From an uncultured Pseudomonadales bacterium (GTDB lineage: Bacteria; Patescibacteriota; Microgenomatia; UBA1400; PJMF01): a stretch of 64,000 nt of DNA. The DNA is taken from NCBI GenBank assembly GCA_964437755.1, contig CAYTIA010000005.1, positions 802-64,801 on the forward strand, given 5' to 3'. Below are positions 49,070-58,929 of this stretch, one piece after another; the first letter of the stretch is position 1; every line of letters starts with the position of its first letter. A program made the translations under genes and the position numbers. The notes beneath the pieces are model-generated. The model saw only the letters and a program-made list of their open reading frames with translations. It did no database searches and was not told the DNA's origin.

Positions 49070-49603
49070 ATGTCACAAAAAAAACAACTCTATGCACTCA
49101 TAATTGGTGGGGTAGCACTGTTACTAATAGCAACTATTGCTTATGGAAATCGTAACAATAAGGCTATGGTTGGTGGTGGAGATAATACAAATCAAGAAGA
49201 GGAAGTTTTAGACATTGCTCAAGATATATTTATAGAGGAAGAAGTTACTCCAGAGGCAACTGGCGCCGGAGTTTTGGGCGCTGAAGTTTCAAAAGAAACT
49301 GAGGTCAAAGTTGTTGCGCCAAATCAAGAGAAACAACAATACGTTTTATTTTATGGAGAAACATGTCCACATTGCCATGTTGTAATGGATTGGATGGATG
49401 AAACAGGTGTCGATTCCCGTTTGGATATTACTCGAAAAGAAGTTTACAACAATCAACAGTTTTCGGAGCAGATGAAGTTAGCAGCACAAAACTGTGGCAT
49501 TGACAGAATTGGCGTCCCATTTTTATATGACGCTAGCCAAAAAGAATGTGTAGTTGGCTCAACCCCAATTATTGATCATTTAACTGCAAAACTTGGTTTA
49601 TAA
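49070..49603 (+). CDS. Membrane-anchored thioredoxin-fold protein (CPHC active site)
   Basis: N-terminal TM; VLFYGETCPHCHVV thioredoxin/glutaredoxin-like motif. Confidence 0.6.
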   Translation: MSQKKQLYALIIGGVALLLIATIAYGNRNNKAMVGGGDNTNQEEEVLDIAQDIFIEEEVTPEATGAGVLGAEVSKETEVKVVAPNQEKQQYVLFYGETCPHCHVVMDWMDETGVDSRLDITRKEVYNNQQFSEQMKLAAQNCGIDRIGVPFLYDASQKECVVGSTPIIDHLTAKLGL

Positions 49604-49650
49604 ATCAAGAGCAGTGGTTTTTAAATTAGCGCAATCTTATTATTTTTGCG

Positions 49651-50211
49651 ATGAGAGAATCTCAGTCAAATTCGATACGGAAGTTTGTTTTATTGTCCAA
49701 CGATCCCCTTAAGCTCAGAGAAAAGTTTTTAAATCGCTTATCTCTAGGAAATCTGACTCGCGATGAAGACTCAGCTTCTCACTTTTGTGTTTTCTTTGCA
49801 CCATTTGATCCTGTTTCTAAACAGGTTTTTCTTGGACATCATGTCAAAGGTGATAGGTGGTTATTTAATGGAGGACACCTAGATTTGGGAGAATCTCCTC
49901 AAGAAACTCTTAGGCGAGAGATGGCTGAAGAGTGGGGAGCAAACATAGGGTTAGTAAAAATCTGCGATCAACATTTAATAACTGTAACCAATATTACCAA
50001 TACCGTTAGGTCTTGCAAAACTCATTTTGATCTTTGGTTTTTTCTTGAAGTTAATCAGCAAAACTTTTTTCCTGATGAAAAAAAGATGGCTAAAGAGTTT
50101 CATCAGTGGGGATGGAAAACCAAAAAAGAGGCTCTAGCTTTATGTCATGAAAATGGAGCCGATATTTCACAAGCAATAAAAATTATTTTTGAAAATTTAA
50201 TCAGATCATGA
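49651..50211 (+). CDS. NUDIX hydrolase
   Basis: Nudix box GGHLDLGESPQETLRREMAEEWG. Confidence 0.7.
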   Translation: MRESQSNSIRKFVLLSNDPLKLREKFLNRLSLGNLTRDEDSASHFCVFFAPFDPVSKQVFLGHHVKGDRWLFNGGHLDLGESPQETLRREMAEEWGANIGLVKICDQHLITVTNITNTVRSCKTHFDLWFFLEVNQQNFFPDEKKMAKEFHQWGWKTKKEALALCHENGADISQAIKIIFENLIRS

Positions 50212-50678
50212 ACAATCAACCAAGACAAATTTTTAGAACCATTGCGGTTGGATTGCTTATTTCTGCCGATGATAAGGTGCTACTTGGTAAAAAGAGAGAT
50301 GGAGGAGTATATCCAGACTGTTGGCATTTACCTGGGGGCGGAGTAAAGAAAGATGAAACAATCGAGCAGGCTTTAGCTAGAGAAATAAAGGAAGAAACAG
50401 GATTTAATCTTAGGTCTGAAGGTGTGGCAGTTAGATTAATTGATGATAGGGGTAGGGGAGAGCATTTCAAAAAAACTACCAGTGGAGAAAAGGTGTTGGC
50501 GAAAATGCAGTTTGTGGTTTATGAGGTGAGGTTGAGCGCGAACTCGGCAGATATTAACTTAAAACCAGGTGATGATTTGGGTGAGTTGAAGTGGATAAGA
50601 CTTGATCAACTGGACAAATATCAGCATACTCCACCTTCGATTGAGTTATTCAGGCGACTTGGCCTGATGAAAAATTAA
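50208..50678 (+). CDS. NUDIX hydrolase
   Basis: Nudix box GGGVKKDETIEQALAREIKEETG; 4-bp overlap with the upstream NUDIX gene. Confidence 0.75.
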   Translation: MNNQPRQIFRTIAVGLLISADDKVLLGKKRDGGVYPDCWHLPGGGVKKDETIEQALAREIKEETGFNLRSEGVAVRLIDDRGRGEHFKKTTSGEKVLAKMQFVVYEVRLSANSADINLKPGDDLGELKWIRLDQLDKYQHTPPSIELFRRLGLMKN

Positions 50679-50745
50679 GTGACCTTTTTGAACTTTGCTT
50701 GTCTTAAAACGATTTCTATTAAGAAGTAAAAAGAGTTAGTACTAT

Positions 50746-51927
50746 CTAAGCAATAGTGTTTTTCGTAATAGCTTTTTTTGACACAAAGTACTGCATTGCC
50801 AAAAATATTATTAGTATTGAACCGAGTAAAACTGCAGTGTATTTGGCTGAAACGCTATCTGCTATAAAACCAATAAAATACGCGCAAAGCATATAGGGGA
50901 TATTCTTGAACATTCTAAAGGTTGAAAGAGTAGTGGCTCGATATTTTGATTGAGTGTGGTGATTGATCAAAATGCTTGAGTAGTTGTGATATAGGGTGAT
51001 GGTAGCATTTCTAATGATAAGTAAAGTTCCTCCTAAAATAAGACCAACCACCGGTGAGATGATGAGTGAAAAAGAGACTATCAATCCGAAAACAAAAACT
51101 GCCCTATTTTCTGTTAGGAGCTTATTTATTTTTGGAGTAAGTTGAGAAACACCAGCACTAACCAAAAGAATTACTGCCCATAACACTCCCATCTGTGCTT
51201 CGTTAAACCCAAACTCTATGCCTAACATACTGTCAATAACCTCATTTACAATGACCGCAATTACTCCAATTGAGGTTAGCAATATCGTTTGTTTGATGAT
51301 GATTGAGTTTTTTGTAAGCTCCCTCCAACCAGTTTTAGTCTGTTGAATAAATTGAGAAAAGGAATACTTATCGGTATCAATGCTTGGTTCGGATAAAAAT
51401 AAAGAGGTGATTAGTCCAAAAAAGAAAAAAAGTGCTACTGCAAAGTATGGTGAGCTTGGATTGATGGAGTATATGTATCCACCGATTGCTCCAGCAATTG
51501 CCGGTGAGATTAAACGAATTGAACTAATGTTGGCAATGATCTTGTTATAAAGTTTTTCTTGCTTTTCTTCTTTAAGAGAATCATATATGAGAGCTTCAAA
51601 TGTTCCAGAAAATAAAGTTGCTCCTGTTGTTAGTATAGTGACCGCGATTGCTAAAAAAGTAAAATTGGGAGCAAGGCCTATCATTAGTGAACCGATAACT
51701 TGAAGGAAAAACGAGATGATAGTAGTATTTTTCTTTCCAAGAATATCAGCAATGACTCCCGCTGGAATTGCCATTAATGTACTTGTTGCTATGTAAATTG
51801 TTTCCATCAAACCAACCCCGGCATAGTTGGTAAATCTAAGGTAGTAAAAAATCCAGATTCCATACCAAAACCAGCTACTGGAAAAAGAGGCAATTAAGTA
51901 AGATAACTTGATGTTTTTATGAAGCAT
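50746..51927 (-). CDS. MFS transporter
   Basis: 12 predicted TM helices; 6+6 topology with a loop-2/3 motif region. Confidence 0.7.
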   Translation of the reverse strand: MLHKNIKLSYLIASFSSSWFWYGIWIFYYLRFTNYAGVGLMETIYIATSTLMAIPAGVIADILGKKNTTIISFFLQVIGSLMIGLAPNFTFLAIAVTILTTGATLFSGTFEALIYDSLKEEKQEKLYNKIIANISSIRLISPAIAGAIGGYIYSINPSSPYFAVALFFFFGLITSLFLSEPSIDTDKYSFSQFIQQTKTGWRELTKNSIIIKQTILLTSIGVIAVIVNEVIDSMLGIEFGFNEAQMGVLWAVILLVSAGVSQLTPKINKLLTENRAVFVFGLIVSFSLIISPVVGLILGGTLLIIRNATITLYHNYSSILINHHTQSKYRATTLSTFRMFKNIPYMLCAYFIGFIADSVSAKYTAVLLGSILIIFLAMQYFVSKKAITKNTIA

Positions 51928-52022
51928 CTGAGAATCATACTGGAAAAGAACTGTTTTTTGAAGAATTAGTTGAGTGTTTTGTCAAAGATGGGTATCGAGA
52001 AATATGCTAAAATCCAGTCACT

Positions 52023-53135
52023 ATGTCATTATCTATCGGCATCGTTGGCCTACCCAACGTTGGCAAATCCACTCTCTTTAACGCTCTGTTAAAAAAACAG
52101 ATTGCTTTATCTGCAAATTACCCGTTTGCCACGATCGAGCCCAACGTGGGAGTAGTGGAGGTGCCAGATAATCGTTTGCCGATTCTTGCCAAGCTGGTTA
52201 ACACCACTGTTATTAAACCAGCTCTAGTTGAGTTTACCGATATTGCTGGCCTGATCAAAGGTGCTTCTCAAGGAGAGGGGCTGGGTAATAAGTTTTTATC
52301 TCACATTCGTGAAACTGATGCCATTTGTCATGTGTTGCGAGCTTTTTCGGATGACAGCATTATTCGCGAAGGTTCGGTTGATCCGGTGGCTGATCTTGAA
52401 ACGGTTCGCACAGAACTACAACTTGCCGATTTGGAAACGATTGACAAACAAAAACAACCTAAGGGCATCAAGGAAAAAGAACAACAGACTAGGTGGGAGA
52501 TTATTCAGCAGTTCAAGCAAAGGTTGGAACTAGGGGAGTGCATATCGGTAAATTTATTGGCATCAACATTAACTCAGGAATTGGAACAAAGAATTGCCAA
52601 AGAACTTAATCTTCTAACTGCTAAATCAGAGATTTTTGTCTTGAACGTGGATGAGGCAGATCTCTCAAAATCTTCTGAAATTAAAGAAAAGTATGCTAAC
52701 TTGCTCTCAACCGCAAAACAGCCGGTTAACCCAAAACAGATTGTGGTTATTAGCGCTCTAATAGAAAGTGAGTTGGCTTCATTGGGACAAGAAGATCAGC
52801 AACAGTATTTGGCTGATTTGGGTATAGAGCAATCTGGTTTAGAGAGATTGGCACAAGTTGCTTATCAAACATTAAAGTTACAAAGTTTTCTCACGGCGGG
52901 TGAGCTAGAGGTCAAAGCTTGGACCATTAAGCAAGGAGCAACTGCGGTAGAGGCAGCTGGTGTGATTCACACAGACTTTATGAAAAAGTTTATTAAGGCT
53001 AAGGTGATTAGCTATGAACAGTTTATACAATATGAAGGTTGGACAAGAGCCAAGGAAGCAGGAAAGGTTCGTCTTGAGGGTAGGGATTATCAAATGCAAC
53101 CAGATGATATAGTAGAGTTTATGATTGGAAGTTAG
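52023..53135 (+). CDS. ychF: Ribosome-binding ATPase YchF (Ola1 family)
   Basis: IGIVGLPNVGKSTLFNAL, NYPFATIEPNVGVV; C-terminal TGS domain. Confidence 0.9.
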   Translation: MSLSIGIVGLPNVGKSTLFNALLKKQIALSANYPFATIEPNVGVVEVPDNRLPILAKLVNTTVIKPALVEFTDIAGLIKGASQGEGLGNKFLSHIRETDAICHVLRAFSDDSIIREGSVDPVADLETVRTELQLADLETIDKQKQPKGIKEKEQQTRWEIIQQFKQRLELGECISVNLLASTLTQELEQRIAKELNLLTAKSEIFVLNVDEADLSKSSEIKEKYANLLSTAKQPVNPKQIVVISALIESELASLGQEDQQQYLADLGIEQSGLERLAQVAYQTLKLQSFLTAGELEVKAWTIKQGATAVEAAGVIHTDFMKKFIKAKVISYEQFIQYEGWTRAKEAGKVRLEGRDYQMQPDDIVEFMIGS

Positions 53136-53146
53136 CAAAAAATTTT

Positions 53147-53617
53147 ATGTCTCAATCAAAATCACTTTTCGAAAAACTAGCTAACAACGAGATTCCAAGC
53201 TGGAAGGTTTGGGAAGATGACAAGCACATGGCTTTTTTAACGCCATTTCCCAACACTCCTGGAGTAACAGTGGTGGCGCCAAAAAAGAATATTGGCGATG
53301 ATGCTTTTGAGATTGGCGATGATGACTATCAGGAGTTGTTAGCAGTTGCAAAAAAAATGGTGAAGGTATTAAAAAAAGCTTTGAGAGTATCAAGAGTGGC
53401 GCTAGTGATTGAGGGTTTGGGTGTACCTCATGTTCATATTAAACTTTTTCCTTTGCATGGAGATTTGGAAGATGCAAATAGCTGGCAGAAAAATAATCAG
53501 TTTTATGAGGAGTACATTGGATATTTAACAACTAATAACGGTCCTCAAATGAATGATGAGGAGCTTAATAAGCTTCAAGCGAATATTAAACAAGTTATTA
53601 ATCAAATTAAGGAGTGA
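53147..53617 (+). CDS. HIT family (HINT-like) protein
   Basis: EIPSWKVWEDDKHMAF ... VPHVHIKLFP histidine triad. Confidence 0.75.
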   Translation: MSQSKSLFEKLANNEIPSWKVWEDDKHMAFLTPFPNTPGVTVVAPKKNIGDDAFEIGDDDYQELLAVAKKMVKVLKKALRVSRVALVIEGLGVPHVHIKLFPLHGDLEDANSWQKNNQFYEEYIGYLTTNNGPQMNDEELNKLQANIKQVINQIKE

Positions 53618-53623
53618 AGCACC

Positions 53624-54406
53624 ATGCTAACTCAAGCACAATCTCAGAAAATACTTTCCAGTAAAATCAAGAATTTTCCCAAACAGCTTTTAATTTTAGG
53701 ATCTGGCTGGAATCAAGTTCTGCGCGGTTCTCCAGTGGAAACAGAAATCTCATACAAAGATCTTTTTGATGTAGAGGCAACGGTTCCTGGACACGAAGGC
53801 AAGTTGGTGATTACTAAAATTGAGGGCGTGAGGGTAGCAGTAATGGTGGGTCGTTTTCATATGTATGAGGGATATACGGCTCAACAAGCAACTCTGCCAA
53901 TTAGGGTTTTTGCCAAAGCAGGGGCAAAACAACTTCTTGTGACAGCTGCTTCTGGGGCTCTTCATCAAAAATATAAAGTTGGAGATTTTGTTATTCTTAA
54001 TGATTTGTTGACACTTTTTCTTTCACTAGATAATCCCTTAGTAGGTCCAAAGTTTCTAGATTGTTCGCAGTTATTTGATCCAGAATTAAGGCAAATATTG
54101 CTTGATGTGGCCCAACAAAATAAAATTCCTTTCCAGCAGGGTTGCTATGCATATTATCATGGCCCTAACTTTGAAACTCCTGCTGATAAAATGGCGCTTA
54201 AGTTTTTAGGTGCAGATGTGGTCGGTATGAGTACGGCCCCCGAAGTATTAGTGGCTAGATGGTTAAAGATGAAGGTTGCTGGTATAGCCCTAGTTACAAA
54301 CTTGGCTTTTGTGAAACATGATCATAAAGAGGTTTTAGCTCAAGCTAATAAAGCGAGTCAACAAATGGTAAAATTGATTAAGAGCTACGTTCAGTTGAGT
54401 GAGTAG
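53624..54406 (+). CDS. Purine nucleoside phosphorylase (PNP-I / trimeric family)
   Basis: GSGW ... GHEGKL ... RFHMYEGY ... GMSTAPEV motifs. Confidence 0.75.
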   Translation: MLTQAQSQKILSSKIKNFPKQLLILGSGWNQVLRGSPVETEISYKDLFDVEATVPGHEGKLVITKIEGVRVAVMVGRFHMYEGYTAQQATLPIRVFAKAGAKQLLVTAASGALHQKYKVGDFVILNDLLTLFLSLDNPLVGPKFLDCSQLFDPELRQILLDVAQQNKIPFQQGCYAYYHGPNFETPADKMALKFLGADVVGMSTAPEVLVARWLKMKVAGIALVTNLAFVKHDHKEVLAQANKASQQMVKLIKSYVQLSE

Positions 54407-54513
54407 AGATTAATCCAATAATTCTACAAACTCACATCTAGAATTTTTTGCTACTTTAGGTATAATAGCCACTTCAAGTATTGAAAGTTAATATAATTAA
54501 ACTGAAAAAAAAT

Positions 54514-54834
54514 ATGAAGATACCAGAAGAAAAGAGAATCCGTATTTATGAGTTAACTTGTTTAGTCTCAGTCGAACATACCAAAGAGGAATTGGACAGT
54601 ATTAAAGAAGTAGTTAGTAACGTTATTACTAATTCAAGTGGTAAGATAAAAGAAATTGAAGAATGGGGAAAAAAAGATCTTGCTTATACTATTAAGACTG
54701 GCGGAAAAAGCTTTGATCAAGCCTTGTATTTCCATTTTGTATTTGAAGCTGAGGCAGATAATGCTACTGCAATCAAGGACAATATTAATATTACGGAAAA
54801 CATTATCCGTTATTTGTTGGTTGTTAGAGAGTAG
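54514..54834 (+). CDS. rpsF: 30S ribosomal protein S6
   Basis: KRIRIYELTCLVS...WGKKDLAYTI aligns with the S6 N-terminus. The ORF track's longer start at 54481 adds 11 non-conserved residues, so 54514 is preferred. Confidence 0.7.
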   Translation: MKIPEEKRIRIYELTCLVSVEHTKEELDSIKEVVSNVITNSSGKIKEIEEWGKKDLAYTIKTGGKSFDQALYFHFVFEAEADNATAIKDNINITENIIRYLLVVRE

Positions 54835-54943
54835 AGCTTGGTTAACTAGATTGGAGCAGTTTTAAAAATCCTACGCTTTTTCTCAGAATGCCGTATAATA
54901 GTAATGGGAATATATAAGTTAGTCTGATAGAGGAGGAAAAAAA

Positions 54944-55444
54944 ATGGCTGTCAGATCATTAAATAAAGTAATGCTAATCGGGAATCTCACTCGAAACCCA
55001 AATTTGAGATACACACCAAATAATACTGCTGTTTGTTCATTTGGACTTGCAACTAACCGTTCTTGGGCCAATGAAGATGGAAGTACTGAAGAAAGAACAG
55101 ATTTCCATAATATTGTTGCTTGGGCTAAGTTGGCAGAAATTTGTGATCAGATTTTGCAAATGGGAGATAAAGTTTATCTTGAAGGTAGAATTCAAACTAG
55201 AGACTGGAAAACTGAAGAGGGTGACGAAAGAAGAATTACCGAGATTGTTCTTGATAGTATGATTAAGCTTTCTTCCCCAAGAGGAAGCTACGATGATGGT
55301 AATTCTGCAAATCAATCATCTTCAGGTGTCAGCGATGATTCAAAAAAATCTCAGCCTAAGTCCAAGTCTGATGATAAGAACTCAAAGAAGAAAAAAGAGG
55401 ATGAGGTAGATGTTGAAGAGGTTGCTGATGATATCCCTTTTTAG
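54944..55444 (+). CDS. ssb: Single-stranded DNA-binding protein
   Basis: OB-fold LNKVMLIGNLTRNP...TDFHNIVAW; acidic tip DDIPF. Confidence 0.9.
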   Translation: MAVRSLNKVMLIGNLTRNPNLRYTPNNTAVCSFGLATNRSWANEDGSTEERTDFHNIVAWAKLAEICDQILQMGDKVYLEGRIQTRDWKTEEGDERRITEIVLDSMIKLSSPRGSYDDGNSANQSSSGVSDDSKKSQPKSKSDDKNSKKKKEDEVDVEEVADDIPF

Positions 55445-55478
55445 TCTATAGAAATTAGTAAAATAGTGAATAAATAAA

Positions 55479-55655
55479 ATGACTACAGTATTTACATATA
55501 AAGATCCAGATAAATTGCGTGAGTATGTTACCTCACAAGGAAGAATTATTCCTCGCTCAAAGACTGGATTAAAAAAGAAGGATCAAAACAGACTAGCTAA
55601 AGAAATTGAAAGAGCTCGTCATTTGGCCTTAATAAACTACACTCAAACTCTTTAA
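55479..55655 (+). CDS. rpsR: 30S ribosomal protein S18 (short form, 58 aa; not in the supplied ORF track)
   Basis: MTTVFTYKDPDKLREYVTSQGRIIPRSKTGLKKKDQNRLAKEIERARHLALINYT matches the conserved S18 core; rpsF-ssb-rpsR synteny. Confidence 0.7.
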   Translation: MTTVFTYKDPDKLREYVTSQGRIIPRSKTGLKKKDQNRLAKEIERARHLALINYTQTL

Positions 55656-55749
55656 TAAAAATTTGAGCTCTGGTTTTAGAGCCAAGAATAAATTTGTTTT
55701 GCTTTGTTTTTTTTGGTGGAATTTAGTATCAATTTATAATCAGTATTAA

Positions 55750-57060
55750 TTGTTTTACGTTATTAATTGCTTCTGTTTAGATCCCAATATGCCCAAATCT
55801 AGAAAAATCGTTAGTTTTTATACTTTAAGAAACATTGTTTTTGGTATATTGCTTTTTGTTTTTGGGATGGTAATAGGTCAGCGCTATAAAGGGAGAATTT
55901 CTTTAGTTTCTTCACAAATAGCATCTCCAAACTCCTCATCAACTTTAGGTCGACTAGTTGGTAAGTTTTCTCCACCAGAAAATAAAGAGGTTAATTTTAA
56001 TGTTTTTTGGGAAGTCTGGGGATTGCTTGAAAATGAATACCTTGATGCTGATAAGCTTGATTCTCAGGAATTAGTTAATGGTGCTGTTCGTGGATTAGTT
56101 CAAGCTGCTGGAGATCCTTATACTGTATATCTTCCTCCAGAGGATAACAAAAGATCAGGAGAAGACCTTCAAGGCACTTTTTTTGGGATAGGTATCGAAC
56201 TTGGTTATATTGATGGTATCTTGGCAGTAATAGCTCCACTTAGTGGCACTCCAGCTGAACAAGCGGGTATTCAAGCAGGAGATTTAATCTTGAACGTGAA
56301 AGATGAGGGTAAGGGGATAGATGAAGATAGTTCCAGATGGAGTCTAACAGAGGCAGTCGAAAAAATTAGAGGTCCAAAAAACTCAACGTTAACGCTCACT
56401 TTGTTTAGAGAAGGTCAAGATGACACATTTGAGGTTGCTGTTCGTCGTGATGAGATCATTGTCAACACCGTTGATCTAGAAATCATAGATCATGAAAGTA
56501 AAAAAATAGCTCATCTTAACGTATCTCGTTTTGGTGGCAGAACAGAAGAAGAATGGAATGAGGCAGTTAAGAATATAACGAGCTCATCTCCCAAGATAGA
56601 TGGCATTGTTTTGGACATGAGAAACAATCCCGGTGGTTATTTTGATGGATCAATTACTTTGGCTAGTGATTTTATTCAAAATGATGTAGTTGTGTCGCAA
56701 AAAGGCAAGTATTTTGAAAAAGATTACCGCACAAAAGGAACGGCAAGATTAAGAAATTATCCTCTAGTTGTCTTGGTTAATCGAGGCAGTGCTTCTGCAT
56801 CAGAGATTGTTGCTGGTGCTCTTAGAGATGATCTTGGAGTAAAGCTGGTTGGTGAAAAAACTTTTGGAAAGGGTACAGTTCAAGAAAGAAAAGAAGTGTC
56901 AAATGGTGGTGGCCTACATATAACCATTGGCAGATGGATGTTACCAAAGGGGGACTGGATCCATGACGAGGGCATTCCAGTAGATGTTGAGGTTGAGCAA
57001 AATCGTGACACTCTAGAAGACGAGGTTTTAATGAAGGGAATAGAGGTGTTGTTCCAATAG
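55750..57060 (+). CDS. ctpA: S41 C-terminal processing protease with PDZ domain
   Basis: PDZ GIGIELGYIDGILAVIAPLSGTPAEQAGIQAGDLIL; catalytic LVVLVNRGSASASEIVAGALRD. Confidence 0.8.
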   Translation: MFYVINCFCLDPNMPKSRKIVSFYTLRNIVFGILLFVFGMVIGQRYKGRISLVSSQIASPNSSSTLGRLVGKFSPPENKEVNFNVFWEVWGLLENEYLDADKLDSQELVNGAVRGLVQAAGDPYTVYLPPEDNKRSGEDLQGTFFGIGIELGYIDGILAVIAPLSGTPAEQAGIQAGDLILNVKDEGKGIDEDSSRWSLTEAVEKIRGPKNSTLTLTLFREGQDDTFEVAVRRDEIIVNTVDLEIIDHESKKIAHLNVSRFGGRTEEEWNEAVKNITSSSPKIDGIVLDMRNNPGGYFDGSITLASDFIQNDVVVSQKGKYFEKDYRTKGTARLRNYPLVVLVNRGSASASEIVAGALRDDLGVKLVGEKTFGKGTVQERKEVSNGGGLHITIGRWMLPKGDWIHDEGIPVDVEVEQNRDTLEDEVLMKGIEVLFQ

Positions 57061-57118
57061 TTTAATGAAGATTTGATATTTTGTTTGAGAAATCGTAAAA
57101 TATTGTCGCTTTAGGATT

Positions 57119-58324
57119 ATGAAAAATAAACAAACGAACTCATTTTTAATTGGTTTGTCGTTATCCTTGATCATTCTTTTTAGCTTTTTTCTTGGTGGGT
57201 TGGCAGATAGGATTTTTGTAATTAAGCCTCTAGATTATTTTTCCTCAAACTCAAACAGAATTTCCTTACCAAAATCTGAAAGTAGCCAGTCAGATTTTTC
57301 AGGCACAAGTTTGGGACAAATGATGCAAAGAGGCGAATATAGTGTTGCTGATGTTGCCCAGAAAGCATCTGAATCAGTTGTAACAATCTCAATTAAAACT
57401 CAGCAAAGAGTTATAGATCCAAATAGTATTTTTGAGAGTTTTGGTTTTTTTGGACTTGGCAAAGAAGAGGTTCGTTTCGAGGAGATTCAAAGAGATGTTG
57501 GTACAGGTTTTGTGGTTGAAGGAGACTTGATTGTTACCAATAGGCATGTGGTTAGCGACTTAACTGCTGAATACAAAGTTATTGATTTTCAAGATAATGA
57601 ATATTTTGTTACTCAAATATATCGTGATCCAACTTTAGATTTAGCGATTTTACACGTAGATAATTTTGATGCTCCAGCTTTAAAACTAGGCAATAGTGAT
57701 GAAGTGAGAGTAGGTGAGTCAGTAATAGCAATTGGCACAGCTCTTGGCCAATTTAGGCACACAGTTACTACGGGGGTCGTTTCGGGAGTGGGTAGATCAA
57801 TTACAGCGGCTGGAGCAGATAGTATCGAAGATCTGCAAAATATGCTACAAACTGATGCAGCAATTAATCCAGGAAATTCAGGAGGTCCATTAATTAATTC
57901 TTCGGGGGAAGTTATAGGAGTGAATGTAGCTACTGCAACAGCAGATAACATTAGTTTTGCAATCCCAATAAATATCGTTAATGTGGCAATTAGCACTTTT
58001 AATGAAACTGGCCAGTTTGATAGACCAATGCTTGGGGTAAATTATACTTTAATTAGTGAGCAGTCGGCATTATTGAATGAAGTTCCTCAAGGAGCTTATA
58101 TCACTGAGGTGGCGGAAGGAAGTGTGGCCTATGATTCAGGAATACAAATTCAAGATATAATAGTAGAGTTTGATGGACAAAAAATAACCGAAACTCAAGA
58201 TCTAGCTCAACTTATTAACAAAAAGAAAGTTGACAGTAAAGTAAAGATAAAATTATGGAGAGCTGGCGAGTTCCGAGAACTTGAAGTGATCTTAAAAAGT
58301 ACAAATATTAACAACAAACCATAA
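57119..58324 (+). CDS. htrA: HtrA/DegP-family serine protease with one PDZ
   Basis: GTGFVVEGDLIVTNRHVV (His), D, GNSGGPLIN (Ser); C-terminal PDZ. Confidence 0.85.
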   Translation: MKNKQTNSFLIGLSLSLIILFSFFLGGLADRIFVIKPLDYFSSNSNRISLPKSESSQSDFSGTSLGQMMQRGEYSVADVAQKASESVVTISIKTQQRVIDPNSIFESFGFFGLGKEEVRFEEIQRDVGTGFVVEGDLIVTNRHVVSDLTAEYKVIDFQDNEYFVTQIYRDPTLDLAILHVDNFDAPALKLGNSDEVRVGESVIAIGTALGQFRHTVTTGVVSGVGRSITAAGADSIEDLQNMLQTDAAINPGNSGGPLINSSGEVIGVNVATATADNISFAIPINIVNVAISTFNETGQFDRPMLGVNYTLISEQSALLNEVPQGAYITEVAEGSVAYDSGIQIQDIIVEFDGQKITETQDLAQLINKKKVDSKVKIKLWRAGEFRELEVILKSTNINNKP

Positions 58325-58340
58325 ATTGTAAGGAAAAAAT

Positions 58341-58895
58341 ATGACAGACCATGAGCCAAAAGTGGGAGACAAAATTGTTCGCTTTGGAAGAGTATATGAA
58401 ATATTTAAGATAGCGGAGGAGGAGAACTTTGATTCTGGAGAAATGGAAAAGCTAATGTATTTTCGGCCTGTTTATGAATCTCAGGCAAACAGAACACTAA
58501 TATGTGCAATTCCAATCAGCAATCTTGACTTAACAAATATAAGGTTGCCAATGTCAGAAGAGGAGTGTGACAAGTTGCTAGAACTTCTTGATTCTCAATA
58601 CGAAATGAAGGGTAGATTTAACACAAGATTGGCCAAAGATGTACTTAAATCAAATGAGCCAGAAAAAATTGCAATGATGCTAAAAAAGTTGGCAATTGTA
58701 AAAAGAGATCCCGATGTTAATTTTACCTATACTAAAAAAACTGTTTTTAGGCAGGGACTAAAAAGGTTGCAAGAGGAAGTTGCCTTAGTTAAGGGAATTC
58801 CTTTAGAAGAAGCCAGAAAAAAGCTGATTAAGCTACTCAAGAGTCAGGCAGTACAGAATTTACCGCTTGATGAAGACGATGATTTGGAAGACTAA
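58341..58895 (+). CDS. CarD/CdnL-family RNA polymerase-binding transcription factor
   Basis: N-terminal PKVGDKIVRFGRVYEIFKI Tudor-like RNAP-interaction region and a helical C-domain collinear with CdnL. Confidence 0.65.
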   Translation: MTDHEPKVGDKIVRFGRVYEIFKIAEEENFDSGEMEKLMYFRPVYESQANRTLICAIPISNLDLTNIRLPMSEEECDKLLELLDSQYEMKGRFNTRLAKDVLKSNEPEKIAMMLKKLAIVKRDPDVNFTYTKKTVFRQGLKRLQEEVALVKGIPLEEARKKLIKLLKSQAVQNLPLDEDDDLED

Positions 58896-58929
58896 ACTGC
58901 AGTAATAGCGGATCGCAAAAAGCAATAGA

